IMG/VR virus record: IMGVR_UViG_3300033074_000206
Location: 47,436-111,435 of that record
Source: a virus
Taxonomy: Duplodnaviria; Caudoviricetes
Reading direction: 5' to 3' (one strand)
DNA: 64,000 nt
Shown here: positions 30,960 through 41,568 of the stretch, in pieces
Numbering within the stretch: the stretch's first letter is position 1
How the letters are laid out: every line of letters begins with the position of its first letter
Translations under genes and position numbers: made by a program
The notes under the pieces: model-generated
Database searches by the model: none
The model's input: the letters and a program-made list of their open reading frames with translations, nothing else
Told to the model about the DNA's origin: nothing

Positions 30960-32279
30960 TCAAACTCCTAAAATCGTATGAGCGAAGTTTACACCGAATG
31001 ATCTAGAATATGTTTTTGCTCTATCGTTAGAAATAGCTGATTCAACCCCTGGGATTGTTTCTAAAGCATATCTAGTTTTCGCGATAACCGCGGGTTGACC
31101 TGAGTCAGTATTTGTTACTTTAGTAAATGATAAAGGAACGTAGGGTGCAAAGAATCCCATAGCATCTCTTCTATCAGCACCTTTATATAATACAGTACAG
31201 TAATCAGAAGTAGCATATTGGTCTACAATAACTTTAAATCTACCGTCGAAGATTCCAGCAACACCACCAGATACAGGAGCAACAACACCAGAAGCTTGTT
31301 CAGCAACTTTGAATTTACCAACTTGTTCTAACATAGTAGCAACTTTTGGAGATACTAATAATGTATTACCTTGACCTCTTTTAGTGTCTAAACCGATTTG
31401 AGCAGCTTCTTTAGAAATTCTAATAACTTCTCTTCTGTATTTTTCAATTTCCCATCTACCAGTTCCATCTGTTGAATCTGCAGTAAACACAGTATCAGCT
31501 AAAATTGTACTATTAGCATTTACAAAATCAACAACATCTCTATCAATCTCAGCTTGAATTTCATATGACATTAAAGACATAATTTCTTCATCAGCTAATA
31601 AACCGTGTTGTGCTTTTAAATCTTGATACATCTCAACAGTATATTTACCTTTTAATGCTCTTGTTTTAGCTTCAACTGATTTTTTCGCAATTGAGAAACC
31701 AATTTCTTTCATATTAGTACCAAGAGCTTCGCCAGCCGCAGTTGTATAAGTTCCAGTATAATTTTTAAAGATTCTTTTGAAAGATGCTTCGTTTGTAAAG
31801 ATTCCAGTAACAGTAATACCAGCCTCAAAAGTACTTCCAACAGTAATGTTAGTTCCGCCAGCGATTAATACTTTTTTACCTTCAACATATAATACTTTAC
31901 CGTTTGTATAAACAGTATCACCTTCAACTTTTGTAGGAGTTCCAGATAATTCTACAACAACCGCATTAGCATTTGGATTAGCACCATTAACGCCTGTTCC
32001 AACATATTGATTAGTTAATGCATAGATAAATCCAGTAGGCATTGTCATTGGTTGAATTCCTAATAATTCATTAGCAATTAAAGTAGGGTAAACTCTTCTT
32101 ACCATTGGCATTAAAATCGGAGTAAATTGAGCAACATCTCCTGCTAATGTACCTTCGTTAATTAATTGATCTAAATCTCTTTGAGCATTCTCTAATAGTA
32201 ACCCCATAGCATTTTTGTCTGAACCATTTAACGGCGCATACTTTGTGCTTTCTAATAATTCTTTGAATTTTTCATTCAT
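30960..32279 (-). CDS. gp23: Major capsid protein gp23
   Basis: P.L..MVRR.YP.LIA....GIQPM..PTG.I.A; EAKTRALK..YT.E..QDLKA.HG; G.FFAPYVPL; SGQP....KTRY. Confidence 0.96.
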   Translation of the reverse strand: MNEKFKELLESTKYAPLNGSDKNAMGLLLENAQRDLDQLINEGTLAGDVAQFTPILMPMVRRVYPTLIANELLGIQPMTMPTGFIYALTNQYVGTGVNGANPNANAVVVELSGTPTKVEGDTVYTNGKVLYVEGKKVLIAGGTNITVGSTFEAGITVTGIFTNEASFKRIFKNYTGTYTTAAGEALGTNMKEIGFSIAKKSVEAKTRALKGKYTVEMYQDLKAQHGLLADEEIMSLMSYEIQAEIDRDVVDFVNANSTILADTVFTADSTDGTGRWEIEKYRREVIRISKEAAQIGLDTKRGQGNTLLVSPKVATMLEQVGKFKVAEQASGVVAPVSGGVAGIFDGRFKVIVDQYATSDYCTVLYKGADRRDAMGFFAPYVPLSFTKVTNTDSGQPAVIAKTRYALETIPGVESAISNDRAKTYSRSFGVNFAHTILGV

Positions 32280-32339
32280 TTTGTTAATCTCCTTGTTTTA
32301 ATTTATTTTATTTATATATTTTATTATTCTCTATTTAGA

Positions 32340-33140
32340 TTAAACTAGATGAGAATAATCAACACTTGATTCAGCTGGTTTTTTTACCACAGATTCAACA
32401 ATAGTTGCCGGAGTAGATTCAACTGTTCCTTTAACTTGCTCTTTGATAATTTCTAATTCTTGTGCATATTTTTCGTCTTTAGAAAAAGGAATCATATTTG
32501 CAAGAGTTTCGAATTTTTTAGATTCTACTAACGATAATCCTTGTTTAATTTCAGAAATAATTCCAGTTTTTAACAATTCAGAATTTTCTTTCTTTAAAGA
32601 TAAGAATTCGTTCATTAAAGAATCGTATTTTTCAACAGATTCAGATAATTTAGAATCAGCATAAGATAAATCTTTTGCTTCTGCAATTTTCATAACATCA
32701 ATTGAACCAGCTGTAATCATAGCTTCAAATGCGTCTAATATCATATCAGCTTTTTCTGATTTTAACGATTCGTCTAATCTTGATTTAGATTCAGAAATAA
32801 ATTCCGCAACAACATCATCCATATATAAATCTAATCTCTCGTTAATTTCTGCAAGTTTAGATTCTACAAATACTGTAGCTTTTTCTTCTAATTCAACTGT
32901 TTTTTCTTCTAACACTTCAGCAATATAAGATGCAGCTTTTTCTTCTAATGCTTCTTGTAAATCAACATCATACTCTTCTTTCGCGTGAGCTAACGCTTTT
33001 TCTACAGCCTCTGATAATTCAGCTTCTGCGATTTCTTTAGCTTTTGTTTGAACAGATTCATTGAATTGAGCCATAACAGACTCAATCATTTCAGCTGAGA
33101 AAACATTTTTGTCTAAAGATTCTAAAAGTTCTTCTAACAT
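32340..33140 (-). CDS. gp22: Prohead core scaffold protein gp22
   Basis: Acidic coiled coil between gp21 and gp23; LD.Y...VV.E; GL......KF..L. Confidence 0.85.
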   Translation of the reverse strand: MLEELLESLDKNVFSAEMIESVMAQFNESVQTKAKEIAEAELSEAVEKALAHAKEEYDVDLQEALEEKAASYIAEVLEEKTVELEEKATVFVESKLAEINERLDLYMDDVVAEFISESKSRLDESLKSEKADMILDAFEAMITAGSIDVMKIAEAKDLSYADSKLSESVEKYDSLMNEFLSLKKENSELLKTGIISEIKQGLSLVESKKFETLANMIPFSKDEKYAQELEIIKEQVKGTVESTPATIVESVVKKPAESSVDYSHLV

Positions 33141-33252
33141 TTTTTCTCCTTTTATAATAGATTTCTTTCAAACTGTTTCATTAAAGGATAATCAATCCCT
33201 TTATATGAAATCTATTAATTTAATTTATATTATTTATATTTTATGGTGTTCC

Positions 33253-33747
33253 TTAAATTTCAATACTTATCAAAAGTACATTTTCAATTACACTGTCGGA
33301 AATTTTATATTTTAATTTACCTAAATATTTTAGTTCATCTGATTTTATTCCAAGTCTAAATGCATCATTTATGAATATTACAACTCTATCATCTAAATAT
33401 TTTACTTCTCTTATTTGTTTTTTTAGAGATGATATAAAATTTTCAATATCTTTATTTTTTGTAACCATTAATTCAGCAATTTCTTTATATTTAGACAATA
33501 AAAATTTAATATACTCACTCACATCTTCCTCTGCTATATCTAGCATTTCAGCAATTTCATCTATATCAAAATTTTTATCAGTTTCTTTAGTCCATAAATA
33601 AATTGCTTTTGGTAGCTCTTTATTGAAAGAGTCCCATTCTACATCAAGATCTTTTAAATTCTGAGCAACATCTTTTATGTTAATTTTACCCTCATTAATC
33701 TCTTCCTTTACTTTAGCTTCTGATAAATACTCTCTAAATGTTTTCAT
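33253..33747 (-). CDS. Putative internal head protein with capsid-targeting-like leader
   Basis: Starts MKTFREYLSE. Confidence 0.65.
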   Translation of the reverse strand: MKTFREYLSEAKVKEEINEGKINIKDVAQNLKDLDVEWDSFNKELPKAIYLWTKETDKNFDIDEIAEMLDIAEEDVSEYIKFLLSKYKEIAELMVTKNKDIENFISSLKKQIREVKYLDDRVVIFINDAFRLGIKSDELKYLGKLKYKISDSVIENVLLISIEI

Positions 33748-33852
33748 TCGTTTCTCCTTTTTTAAATAGATTTAATGTATTACGCCCTATAAAAATCTAT
33801 TATTTATTTTAATTTATATTATTTATATATTTTTATTTATAAAGAAATAGAT

Positions 33853-34671
33853 TTATTTTAATTCAATCTTATATTCTTTAGCTAAATAATCTATAGCGCT
33901 TTGAAGTAACCCTTTTGCTTTTTCATCAGTTATTTTACTTGAAGCCATTTGGATAACTTGAATACATGCAATTGGCGAATTAACTTTAATAGCTTCGTTT
34001 ATGTTTGATTTACATAGAATTTCTGAGAATTTTTTCATAAACTTTTCAGCAGCAATTTTCTTTTCCGATTCAGTTAATTCTGGTTTAGATTCAACTATCG
34101 GTTCTTGTTTAATTTCAAGAACTTCTTTGATCTCTCCAGATTCTGTAATTAAGAAATTTTTGTCTTGCAAAACACCTTCAACGATTCCATACATCTCCGA
34201 TTCATAGTTAGACTGTCCTAAATTAGGAATAATATCAAATGTTATTAAATTATAATTTTCTACAACATTACCCTTAACCGAACCGACGCCTCTACTAGAA
34301 ACAGACATTTTAATTCCATTATCTATCAGAGTTTTTAATTGATTTGCTTTAGGATTATCAAGTAAAACTGCTTCCCCCATAACATATCCGTTCTCAAAAT
34401 AAAGTTTTTCCATTTTAGCAACTGCTTCCATCATATCTACGTTACTGCGCGGCGGATGGTCCAGTTCCATTAAGCAGTTGGGATGACCAGTTTTTAAAAT
34501 ATCTTGATATTTTTCAACTTCTCTTTCCCACACAGATTTAGGATAAATTCTACCATTTTTATTCTGTTTTTCTGGAGTACTGAAAATTCCCTTTATTCTA
34601 TATTTCTTTTCAACGCCTTCTGATAATTCTTGTTCAAAACTAACATCAGTATTATCGTACATTAATTTCAT
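33853..34671 (-). CDS. gp21: Prohead protease gp21
   Basis: I.GIF......NKNGRIYP; ELDHP; VSSRGVGS; start at MKLMYD after AGGAG. Confidence 0.93.
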   Translation of the reverse strand: MKLMYDNTDVSFEQELSEGVEKKYRIKGIFSTPEKQNKNGRIYPKSVWEREVEKYQDILKTGHPNCLMELDHPPRSNVDMMEAVAKMEKLYFENGYVMGEAVLLDNPKANQLKTLIDNGIKMSVSSRGVGSVKGNVVENYNLITFDIIPNLGQSNYESEMYGIVEGVLQDKNFLITESGEIKEVLEIKQEPIVESKPELTESEKKIAAEKFMKKFSEILCKSNINEAIKVNSPIACIQVIQMASSKITDEKAKGLLQSAIDYLAKEYKIELK

Positions 34672-35641
34672 AATCTTTTCTCCTATATGATTGAATTTTC
34701 CATCCAATAGTATTTAATCTTTTATATTTATATTCTTCGTCGTTAAAAAATTTTGTATCGTGTTTACCTGGATATAAGACTTCGCATTTATTAATATTAT
34801 TAAATAATGCTCTAAAAACTAAGTTATTGTTCTCACAAAAATCTTTCAATCCTTGGTCTAAATAAACTTCATATACGTCGCCTTGAGGAGATTCTAAAAT
34901 AAATATTTTCGCTCTACCATTATCTAAACCTTTTCTAATTTTCTTTTCATTTATTTCTTGCAATTCCTCTTGAGATTTATATTCCCAATATCTTAATGCT
35001 TCTAATGATTTTTGTAAATTAGGATTATCTCTATCTAACCAAATATTTTTACTCGATTCGCAGCGTTTTATAAGCATTTCCGCCAACTCTTCTTCCGAAA
35101 GTTTAGATATATTATCTAATCTAGCTTTTGTCGCGTTAAATGCTCTTAGCGACAACTCTTCTTTACTTTTATTGGAAGAATGCCAAGCATTGTCGGGTCC
35201 AATCATTTTTCGATTATTATCTTTCATTTTTTGAATACTTTCCGGTTTATGTTTTTTACCATACATTCCGTTTTCTTCACCGAATAACCGAACTCCATCT
35301 CCTCCAGGAGTCATATTATACCCAAATTCCGGATCTTGAGATTTGAATTTATCAATATAAAGTACTTCTCCGAATTTCAAAAGCTCTTCATCTTCAATAT
35401 CTTTTACTAAAATCATAATTTTAAAATCTTTAAAATCGTATTTCTTGCATGCGTCGTAAAATTTGGTCTTTTTACGAGAAGGTTGTTTATGTCCATTTCG
35501 ATGATCGTTATATCTTTTATAAAAATTCTTAGTCATTCCAATATAAGACTTACCGCTCGGAGAAATAAACCGATAAACGCAATTTTTAATAGATTTAAAA
35601 TCTTTATAGTTGTTGTGATCCAACTCTAACGAATAATCCAA
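34652..35641 (-). CDS. Free-standing GIY-YIG homing endonuclease (Seg-like) with NUMOD3
   Basis: CVYRFISPSGKSYIG...R; GYNMTPGGDG; GEENGMYGKKH. Confidence 0.85.
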   Translation of the reverse strand: MDYSLELDHNNYKDFKSIKNCVYRFISPSGKSYIGMTKNFYKRYNDHRNGHKQPSRKKTKFYDACKKYDFKDFKIMILVKDIEDEELLKFGEVLYIDKFKSQDPEFGYNMTPGGDGVRLFGEENGMYGKKHKPESIQKMKDNNRKMIGPDNAWHSSNKSKEELSLRAFNATKARLDNISKLSEEELAEMLIKRCESSKNIWLDRDNPNLQKSLEALRYWEYKSQEELQEINEKKIRKGLDNGRAKIFILESPQGDVYEVYLDQGLKDFCENNNLVFRALFNNINKCEVLYPGKHDTKFFNDEEYKYKRLNTIGWKIQSYRRKDYEINVR

Positions 35642-35643
35642 TT

Positions 35644-35832
35644 TTATTCTCCTACTTTATTTATTTTTGCAAATAAAGACTTCATATGCTGGATTTTATC
35701 AAATTCAGAGGTATAATTCGATATAGTTTCTGAGTTGGATAATTTATCCTTCATAGCATTCTTTACTGCTGTTGAAAACTCGGTATATTTACTATCTGCA
35801 ACACATTGCATAATATTTGTATCGTTTTCCAT
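35644..35832 (-). CDS. Small prohead core protein (gp67/68-like position)
   Basis: Late promoter upstream; upstream of gp21. Confidence 0.45.
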   Translation of the reverse strand: MENDTNIMQCVADSKYTEFSTAVKNAMKDKLSNSETISNYTSEFDKIQHMKSLFAKINKVGE

Positions 35833-35894
35833 ATTTTTCCTTTCAAGTAATATATTAAAGAAAACTTAATTTCTTATAATATTATTTATATTTT

Positions 35895-35997
35895 TTATTC
35901 TCGTCTTTTTCTCGTTTGTCTATATTTTTTATTACCTTGAATAGCTCTTTTATACAATTCTTCCGCTGATACTCTTCCATTTGTGAATGTTTCTGAT
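35895..35997 (-). pseudogene. Orphan 3' fragment of a former gp2 allele
   Basis: Reads SETFTNGRVSAEELYKRAIQGNKKYRQTRKRRE*, homologous to the C-terminus of 35998..36549. Confidence 0.8.
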
Positions 35998-36549
35998 TTA
36001 TTGATATTTAGTACCAACTCTTCTTCTACCACTTCTATATGCTTTATTTCCTTGAATTGCCATCTTATATAATTGCTCAGCTTTCATACCATTAGTAAAT
36101 ACTGCAGTATTTAATCTTGCTGCTTGCATTAAATTTTCTGGTTTTATGAGTACAACACTTGAACTCATTCTTTTCTTTATATATAATCTTATAATTGGCG
36201 CAAACCCTATTTTTTTCATAAATGGCTTTAATTCTTTATATGAAAATTCTAATGGCTTATTATTTTTTATATTTCTAGCATTAACTTGTAAAATTTTCTT
36301 GATGAGAATTATTCTTAATGGTAATGGAGCCCAAGAAAATGCAATACCTAACATATGAGATTTATTTTGTTTCAATAACATAATAAATGGTCTTTTGTTA
36401 TAAACTTCTTCTTTATTTTTTGCATCATATACTCCAAAAAATAAATCGCCAACTTCTAACTTATCTTTTGATTTTTTCGATGTTTTATCCTTTAGCATCT
36501 CTTTAACCATATTTATACTTTGTGATGTTGTGAATTCTTTAGTTTTCAT
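35998..36549 (-). CDS. gp2: DNA end protector protein gp2
   Basis: G..F...YDAK.K...Y...P.I......LG......P...R; ..Y. Confidence 0.8.
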   Translation of the reverse strand: MKTKEFTTSQSINMVKEMLKDKTSKKSKDKLEVGDLFFGVYDAKNKEEVYNKRPFIMLLKQNKSHMLGIAFSWAPLPLRIILIKKILQVNARNIKNNKPLEFSYKELKPFMKKIGFAPIIRLYIKKRMSSSVVLIKPENLMQAARLNTAVFTNGMKAEQLYKMAIQGNKAYRSGRRRVGTKYQ

Positions 36550-37405
36550 CTTTCCACCAATCCTTTATAGTCTTTAAGTACCATCCGTGCTTAGATTTAT
36601 ATCTAATAGGTGAATTGCCAGTATAATTATATACGCCATCCATATATCTAAACGAACAAGGACATTCATTCTGTTTTATCATATCACATATGTCCGCTCC
36701 ATAGCAAGTATCAATTAAAAAATTATTAGAATCGTATAATTCGTATTTGAATGATTTTCTATTATCTTTTCCATGTCGTCCAAACATTGGGTTATTTTCA
36801 CCAGATTTTCTTTCCGAAACACCTTTCGCATATTCTATGTTTTTATTTCTTATAACTTTATCCGGATGATGTGCGCAATTATCATTATGCCATTGTTCTA
36901 TTAAATGATATTGTCCTTCTTTTCCACAATGTTCGCATTTACCTCTCATCGATTTAAATGATGCGCTTAAGAAATTCTTTACTTCTTCTGTATGTTGTTT
37001 ACCGTAAAAATGATTCAATTCGCCTAACGCGCTGAGTCTGATCTGCTCTCTTCTTTCGTCGGAATATTTTACGCCAGTAGTATCAAATCCAGTACTAGTT
37101 TGTTTTACTCTATTATAAAAATTTTGGTTTTTCCCTACGTCATATATATTATGTATATAAATTTCATTTATTATTGCTTTTTTTCTAGTATCATAAATAT
37201 TTAAAATTTGGTATATGAAATTCTCTGGCAATTGTTTTTGCTCAGTCATAAAATCTTCATCAGCCGATGAACTTCTGTACTTTTTGCCAATAACATCGTA
37301 TGGGTCCATATTGCACGAATGTATACCAATATAATGTCTATTTTTATATTTATGAGTTATCCTATATACTACGTGATATTTATATTCTTTTTTTAATTGT
37401 TTCAT
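36539..37405 (-). CDS. Free-standing GIY-YIG (Seg-like) homing endonuclease with NUMOD3
   Basis: YHVVYRITH....YIGIHS; Y.SSS; FYN; GELNHFYGKQHTEE; start at MKQLKK after AAGGAA. Confidence 0.82.
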   Translation of the reverse strand: MKQLKKEYKYHVVYRITHKYKNRHYIGIHSCNMDPYDVIGKKYRSSSADEDFMTEQKQLPENFIYQILNIYDTRKKAIINEIYIHNIYDVGKNQNFYNRVKQTSTGFDTTGVKYSDERREQIRLSALGELNHFYGKQHTEEVKNFLSASFKSMRGKCEHCGKEGQYHLIEQWHNDNCAHHPDKVIRNKNIEYAKGVSERKSGENNPMFGRHGKDNRKSFKYELYDSNNFLIDTCYGADICDMIKQNECPCSFRYMDGVYNYTGNSPIRYKSKHGWYLKTIKDWWKDEN

Positions 37406-37410
37406 TCTGT

Positions 37411-37509
37411 TTCCTTGTAATTTAATTTTACAAGAGTGAATTGTTGGATTCAATATAATTAAGAACTGGAATCCAACATAGAGCAGTTCTTAATTATATT
37501 CTCTTGTAT
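37411..37509 (-). ncRNA. Candidate cis-regulatory pseudoknot leader (copy 2)
   Basis: TACAAGAG/CTCTTGTA stem, 17-bp stem, 10-bp pseudoknot TGTTGGATTC/GAATCCAACA, then RBS. Confidence 0.55.
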
Positions 37510-37515
37510 ATATAT

Positions 37516-37695
37516 TTATTTATATATTTTATAAAATCTAATTAGACTGCAGTACATCAGAAGACTTCCCGGTTCAAAATCTTTTAATGTCAGTTTTTTA
37601 GATTTAGTTTTAAGCATATCTTTAACAAACTTTATACTTTCAGCAGCAGATAATCCCTTTGCTTCTTCTCTAGACATTAAAATCTTTTTAGCCAT
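37516..37695 (-). pseudogene. Orphan 5' fragment of a former gp2 allele
   Basis: MAKKILMSREEAKGLSAAESIKFVKDMLKTKSKKLTLKDFEPGSLLMY aligns with the N-terminus of 35998..36549 (SQSINMVKEMLKDK...LEVGDLFF); AAGGA RBS. Confidence 0.7.
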
Positions 37696-37715
37696 TTATG
37701 AATCCTTTATATCGA

Positions 37716-38291
37716 TTAAGCTATAACATTACCAGTAGCTTTATTTCCTGAAGATACTTCTGATGTTTCTCCCGATCCAAGTACCCAATCACTGAAACTG
37801 AATGTACAATCAAAAGTTCCCGCCTCATCCACCGTATCATCTGCTAGAGTTACTTCAGCAACTTCTTGTACAAATACATTATGGAATGTATACTTAGCAG
37901 TTGCATTACCAGCAGAATCTAATTGTTCAACAGAAAGTTCGCCAAGAACGTCGTTTGGACTACCTGTATGAGTATTCTTTTGAAAATTATCCGCAGACAC
38001 CATCCAAGAAATTAAATCTTTTCTTAGCGCATGATCTTCTGTATTATAAAATGTAAGAGACCATGTATTTGCATAAGATGTATCTCCAGGCATAACAAAT
38101 TTTCTTCCTTGTATCCAAACTTCAATTTGCCCTATCGTCATACTAGGGAAACTTGCTGACTTACAAAGAATATCAGCTTTACTTAAATCTGATTTTGTAG
38201 GTACAGCAGAAGGTATAGAAAAATTTATTCTATATTTATTTGATCTAGCAGCCGCTCCGATCGCATTTTTTAATTCTGATATTTTTGACAT
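37716..38291 (-). CDS. gp19: Tail tube protein gp19
   Basis: AR.N.Y.I; LCKSAS.P...IG.I.V...GR....PGD.SY...W.LTFYN.ED...R.....W. Confidence 0.9.
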   Translation of the reverse strand: MSKISELKNAIGAAARSNKYRINFSIPSAVPTKSDLSKADILCKSASFPSMTIGQIEVWIQGRKFVMPGDTSYANTWSLTFYNTEDHALRKDLISWMVSADNFQKNTHTGSPNDVLGELSVEQLDSAGNATAKYTFHNVFVQEVAEVTLADDTVDEAGTFDCTFSFSDWVLGSGETSEVSSGNKATGNVIA

Positions 38292-38323
38292 ATTTGTCTC
38301 CTATTTTTATTATTATTTATATT

Positions 38324-38701
38324 TTATAAATCTTTAATATTAGCGTTGATATCAAAAATGAATTTCTTAAATTCAGATAAATCCGATTCGAATAATACCT
38401 TTCCTTTAAAAGTTACGTTAACGATATCATCCATATCAAATACTTCAATCTTAAAATCCTTAGATATATTTTTATCTATGAAGATTGAGCTTTCTCTATC
38501 ACCCTCAGAAACTTCTAATTTTTCATTAACTTCTTTTTCGCCAGTCCATTCTTTTTTAATTTCTGTGAAGAATTTTTTCTTATCTTCTTCTGATAATTCA
38601 GAAGGACTTTTAACACCGTATTTTTCACACTTTTTAGTGAAAAATTCCTTATAAGATTCCTCGCCTTCTGATTCTCTTAACCATTCTCTAAATGTTTTCA
38701 T
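38324..38701 (-). CDS. Putative internal head protein with capsid-targeting-like leader
   Basis: MKTFREWLRE leader; Y.EFF......YGVKSP.EL....KKKFF..I...W motif. Confidence 0.7.
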   Translation of the reverse strand: MKTFREWLRESEGEESYKEFFTKKCEKYGVKSPSELSEEDKKKFFTEIKKEWTGEKEVNEKLEVSEGDRESSIFIDKNISKDFKIEVFDMDDIVNVTFKGKVLFESDLSEFKKFIFDINANIKDL

Positions 38702-38983
38702 TCTTTTTCTCCTTTTTATAGTTATTTATATAAAGAATATATAAATTTTTAATCAAATAGTGCTTCAACATCAGTTAACTCATGTTTTTAGTAATTCTTG
38801 TAAGCTTTTTATCGCCACCAAATTCATGTTGTCAATTTCTGTTATATCTAGCAAATTTTTCCTTTTTAAATTTATCTATTTTAAAACTATATAAACATAT
38901 AAAATCATACTTTGGCAACCCATTACTTACTCTTTAAAGGAAACCCCTCTTTAGGAGTAAGTCTAATATTTCATCGTTAGTGT

Positions 38984-40777
38984 TCATCTTAACTCTTGTA
39001 TAATTCCATAATACTGCGTCCCCATTTGATTGTGTCCATCATTATTTACATGAATAACATCGCCTTTTAAATAGTTATTTCCAGCTATGCCCGTATAATC
39101 TGCAAAAGGTATCTGATATGTTCTATTAAATGCATATTCTCTGTCAGTTGTTGAGTGATAATCTAGTAAATAAATTAACTCGGATTCTCGATTTCCAAAA
39201 TTAGAAATTAAACCTTGAGCCAACTTTCTATAATAATACTTTCTAGTTTCAGTTAATACTGTACCGAACAAGCCTTGCCTTGCTGAGCTAACTGGCAATG
39301 CTACAATTATTTTACAAGTTGGTAAATCTGCTCTTATAGAAGTAATCATTTGATTATATTTATCAATATATCCATTAAAAATATATTCAAAGGAATCGTA
39401 ATCACTTGAAAAATCATTCGTTCCTAACAATATATGCACTATATTTAATGCTGAAATATTCCAAGCTTGTCTATATTTTGCAAAATTAAATGCAAATCCA
39501 CCAAATGTTGCACTAGAAATAGATACCCATGATGTACCATTCCATTGTACATAAGCAGCATTTCCAGAATCCATAATATCCCCAATGTTAGGAGATATTT
39601 TATAACCTGTAGTTGGATTAAACAATAGTTTCTTTTCGTCATAATTTTCAAATCCAAATGCAGGAGATACTTTGTTTGCTTCAATCCAAAAGCTAGTTTT
39701 TCCAAAGTATAAACCACTATTTACGGGTTGCATAAATGGGCTTATCGTTCCTGCATAATCAACTGTAAAGAAGTGTACCATTGACCACCCACTTCGCCCC
39801 TCGTTCTTAGCTTTTGTTACATCTGCATCATCGTATCTTAAACCATTAAAAGTTACATTTGATGAGCTAGAAATTAATTTCCTTGTAAACCCAGAAATAT
39901 CTGTGTAGCTGTCACCGATATTTAAAATATTAACAGCAGTTAATTTTGTTATATCTGTTACTTTAGCTTGTATTGTTTGTGTGTTTTTTACTTTAAAATC
40001 TTGTCTCGCTGTTATAATATCTACATTATAGCTTCCAATTGTTCCAGATGTCAATTTGCAAGAAACACTATTGTCAATACCTATTGAAGAAGTTACACCA
40101 CTTCTTCCTTTCATTAAAAAAGAGTCGTTATATAAGTTTTCATGGTATATATCTAGGGTTGCATTTTTAGGAACATATACTTTTGGTGCAATTACTGGAC
40201 TTTGAATTTTTGTATTTTTAAGTAAATCAAATGTTGTTGATTTATTTAATTCTTCTTTGTAATCTTCGTAGGATGTGCTTGTAGTTCCATATTCTAATTG
40301 CTGACCAACAGACCTAACTAATGTACAAGATATTCTAATATACTTAATTACATCATTGTCTGGAATAGTAATCTGTGTTATTGTTGCAGTATACCCGCTT
40401 ATAAATACTTTATTTGAGTTATAATAACATACTGAATAAAGTGGATATTTTGGTTTTATTAATTCATTTTTATTAACTGAAATATAGTCGCTATATCCAA
40501 AAACTGAATTTTCAGTAATTACTCCAGTAGTGGGATGTACAAAATAACCTTTTGTAAATGTTGTTATATTAAAAAGATTCTTGCCAAGTGAAAGCTGTAA
40601 CCCATTATCAACTAATTCATCAATCTCACTAGCACTACTATTAATTTCTCACATCTTCACTACTGCATCTCTTACTTGAACAGCGCTCATTCCTGTTTCG
40701 CCTATTAAACTGATTGCATCTAAATCAGATTCTACATCTTGCACCTTTAAAAATGAATCTCTACTCGTTTTTACCAT
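38984..40777 (-). CDS. SGNH/GDSL hydrolase-domain protein (probable virion esterase) with in-frame TGA at codon 43
   Basis: IGDSYT, GRSGW, LGTND, D.IH motifs; frame open from ATG 40777 (AGGAG RBS, late promoter) except TGA at 40649-40651. Confidence 0.75.
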
Positions 40778-40803
40778 CTTTTCTCCTTTTTATATTATTT
40801 ATA

Positions 40804-41556
40804 TTAATCGAATAGAGCTTCTACTCCATTCAAAATTCCTGTTGCGGTATCTCCGAGAACAGCACTTGTAAGAGCTTCTTTTGTTGTTTGAAGAGGTAAA
40901 AATTCACTAAATGCAAAAACAACAGAAAACTCCGAAAGAGTATTTTCGTCAGAATCATCTAGAGTTACGATACCAACAGATTTAGGAAAAGCATTTTGTA
41001 ATTTGTAACCATACACATTTTCGCCATTATTCCCGAGTTGCCATATATTTACATCTACTTGGTATGTCGGGGTAGATGTTGCTGAATTAGTTCCTGCTAT
41101 ACTACCAATAACCCAATCAAGCGCAATAGTTGGGTTTTTTATAATATTTTTTATTTGGTTTGCGGTTTTAACGAAACTTGATACTTCGCTCAGAAATCCA
41201 GGCATAACCTTTTCAAAACTTGCTCCGACAATCCCTTCGTTTGCAGGCTTAGTATTATCTATTTGAGTCATCCACGTATCAAACATTTTTCTAATTCTCA
41301 TGTCAGAATCATCAACAATAGATATTTCGTACTCACCGATATAGTCGGTTTCTCCTCTCACATTATATTGTCGACCTTTATGCCAAATTGTTGTTTGGTT
41401 GATGTTTCTTTCAGGCAATCCTGCGGATCTACAAAGTATATTTATGGTTTGTCCTTCTACTGTCGGTATTGGTATTTCTATCATAAATTTGTTGCGGCGA
41501 AGTCCGAGACCAGGACCCATGGCTTTTTTTAGGTCTCTTATACTAAATGTCGGCAT
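40804..41556 (-). CDS. Tail tube-like protein (gp19 paralog)
   Basis: R.N.F.I; LCRSA.LP; KGR....RGE..Y; Y.L.NAFP..V....LD; EF.V.F.F. Confidence 0.78.
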   Translation of the reverse strand: MPTFSIRDLKKAMGPGLGLRRNKFMIEIPIPTVEGQTINILCRSAGLPERNINQTTIWHKGRQYNVRGETDYIGEYEISIVDDSDMRIRKMFDTWMTQIDNTKPANEGIVGASFEKVMPGFLSEVSSFVKTANQIKNIIKNPTIALDWVIGSIAGTNSATSTPTYQVDVNIWQLGNNGENVYGYKLQNAFPKSVGIVTLDDSDENTLSEFSVVFAFSEFLPLQTTKEALTSAVLGDTATGILNGVEALFD

Positions 41557-41568
41557 CTTTATTCACCT

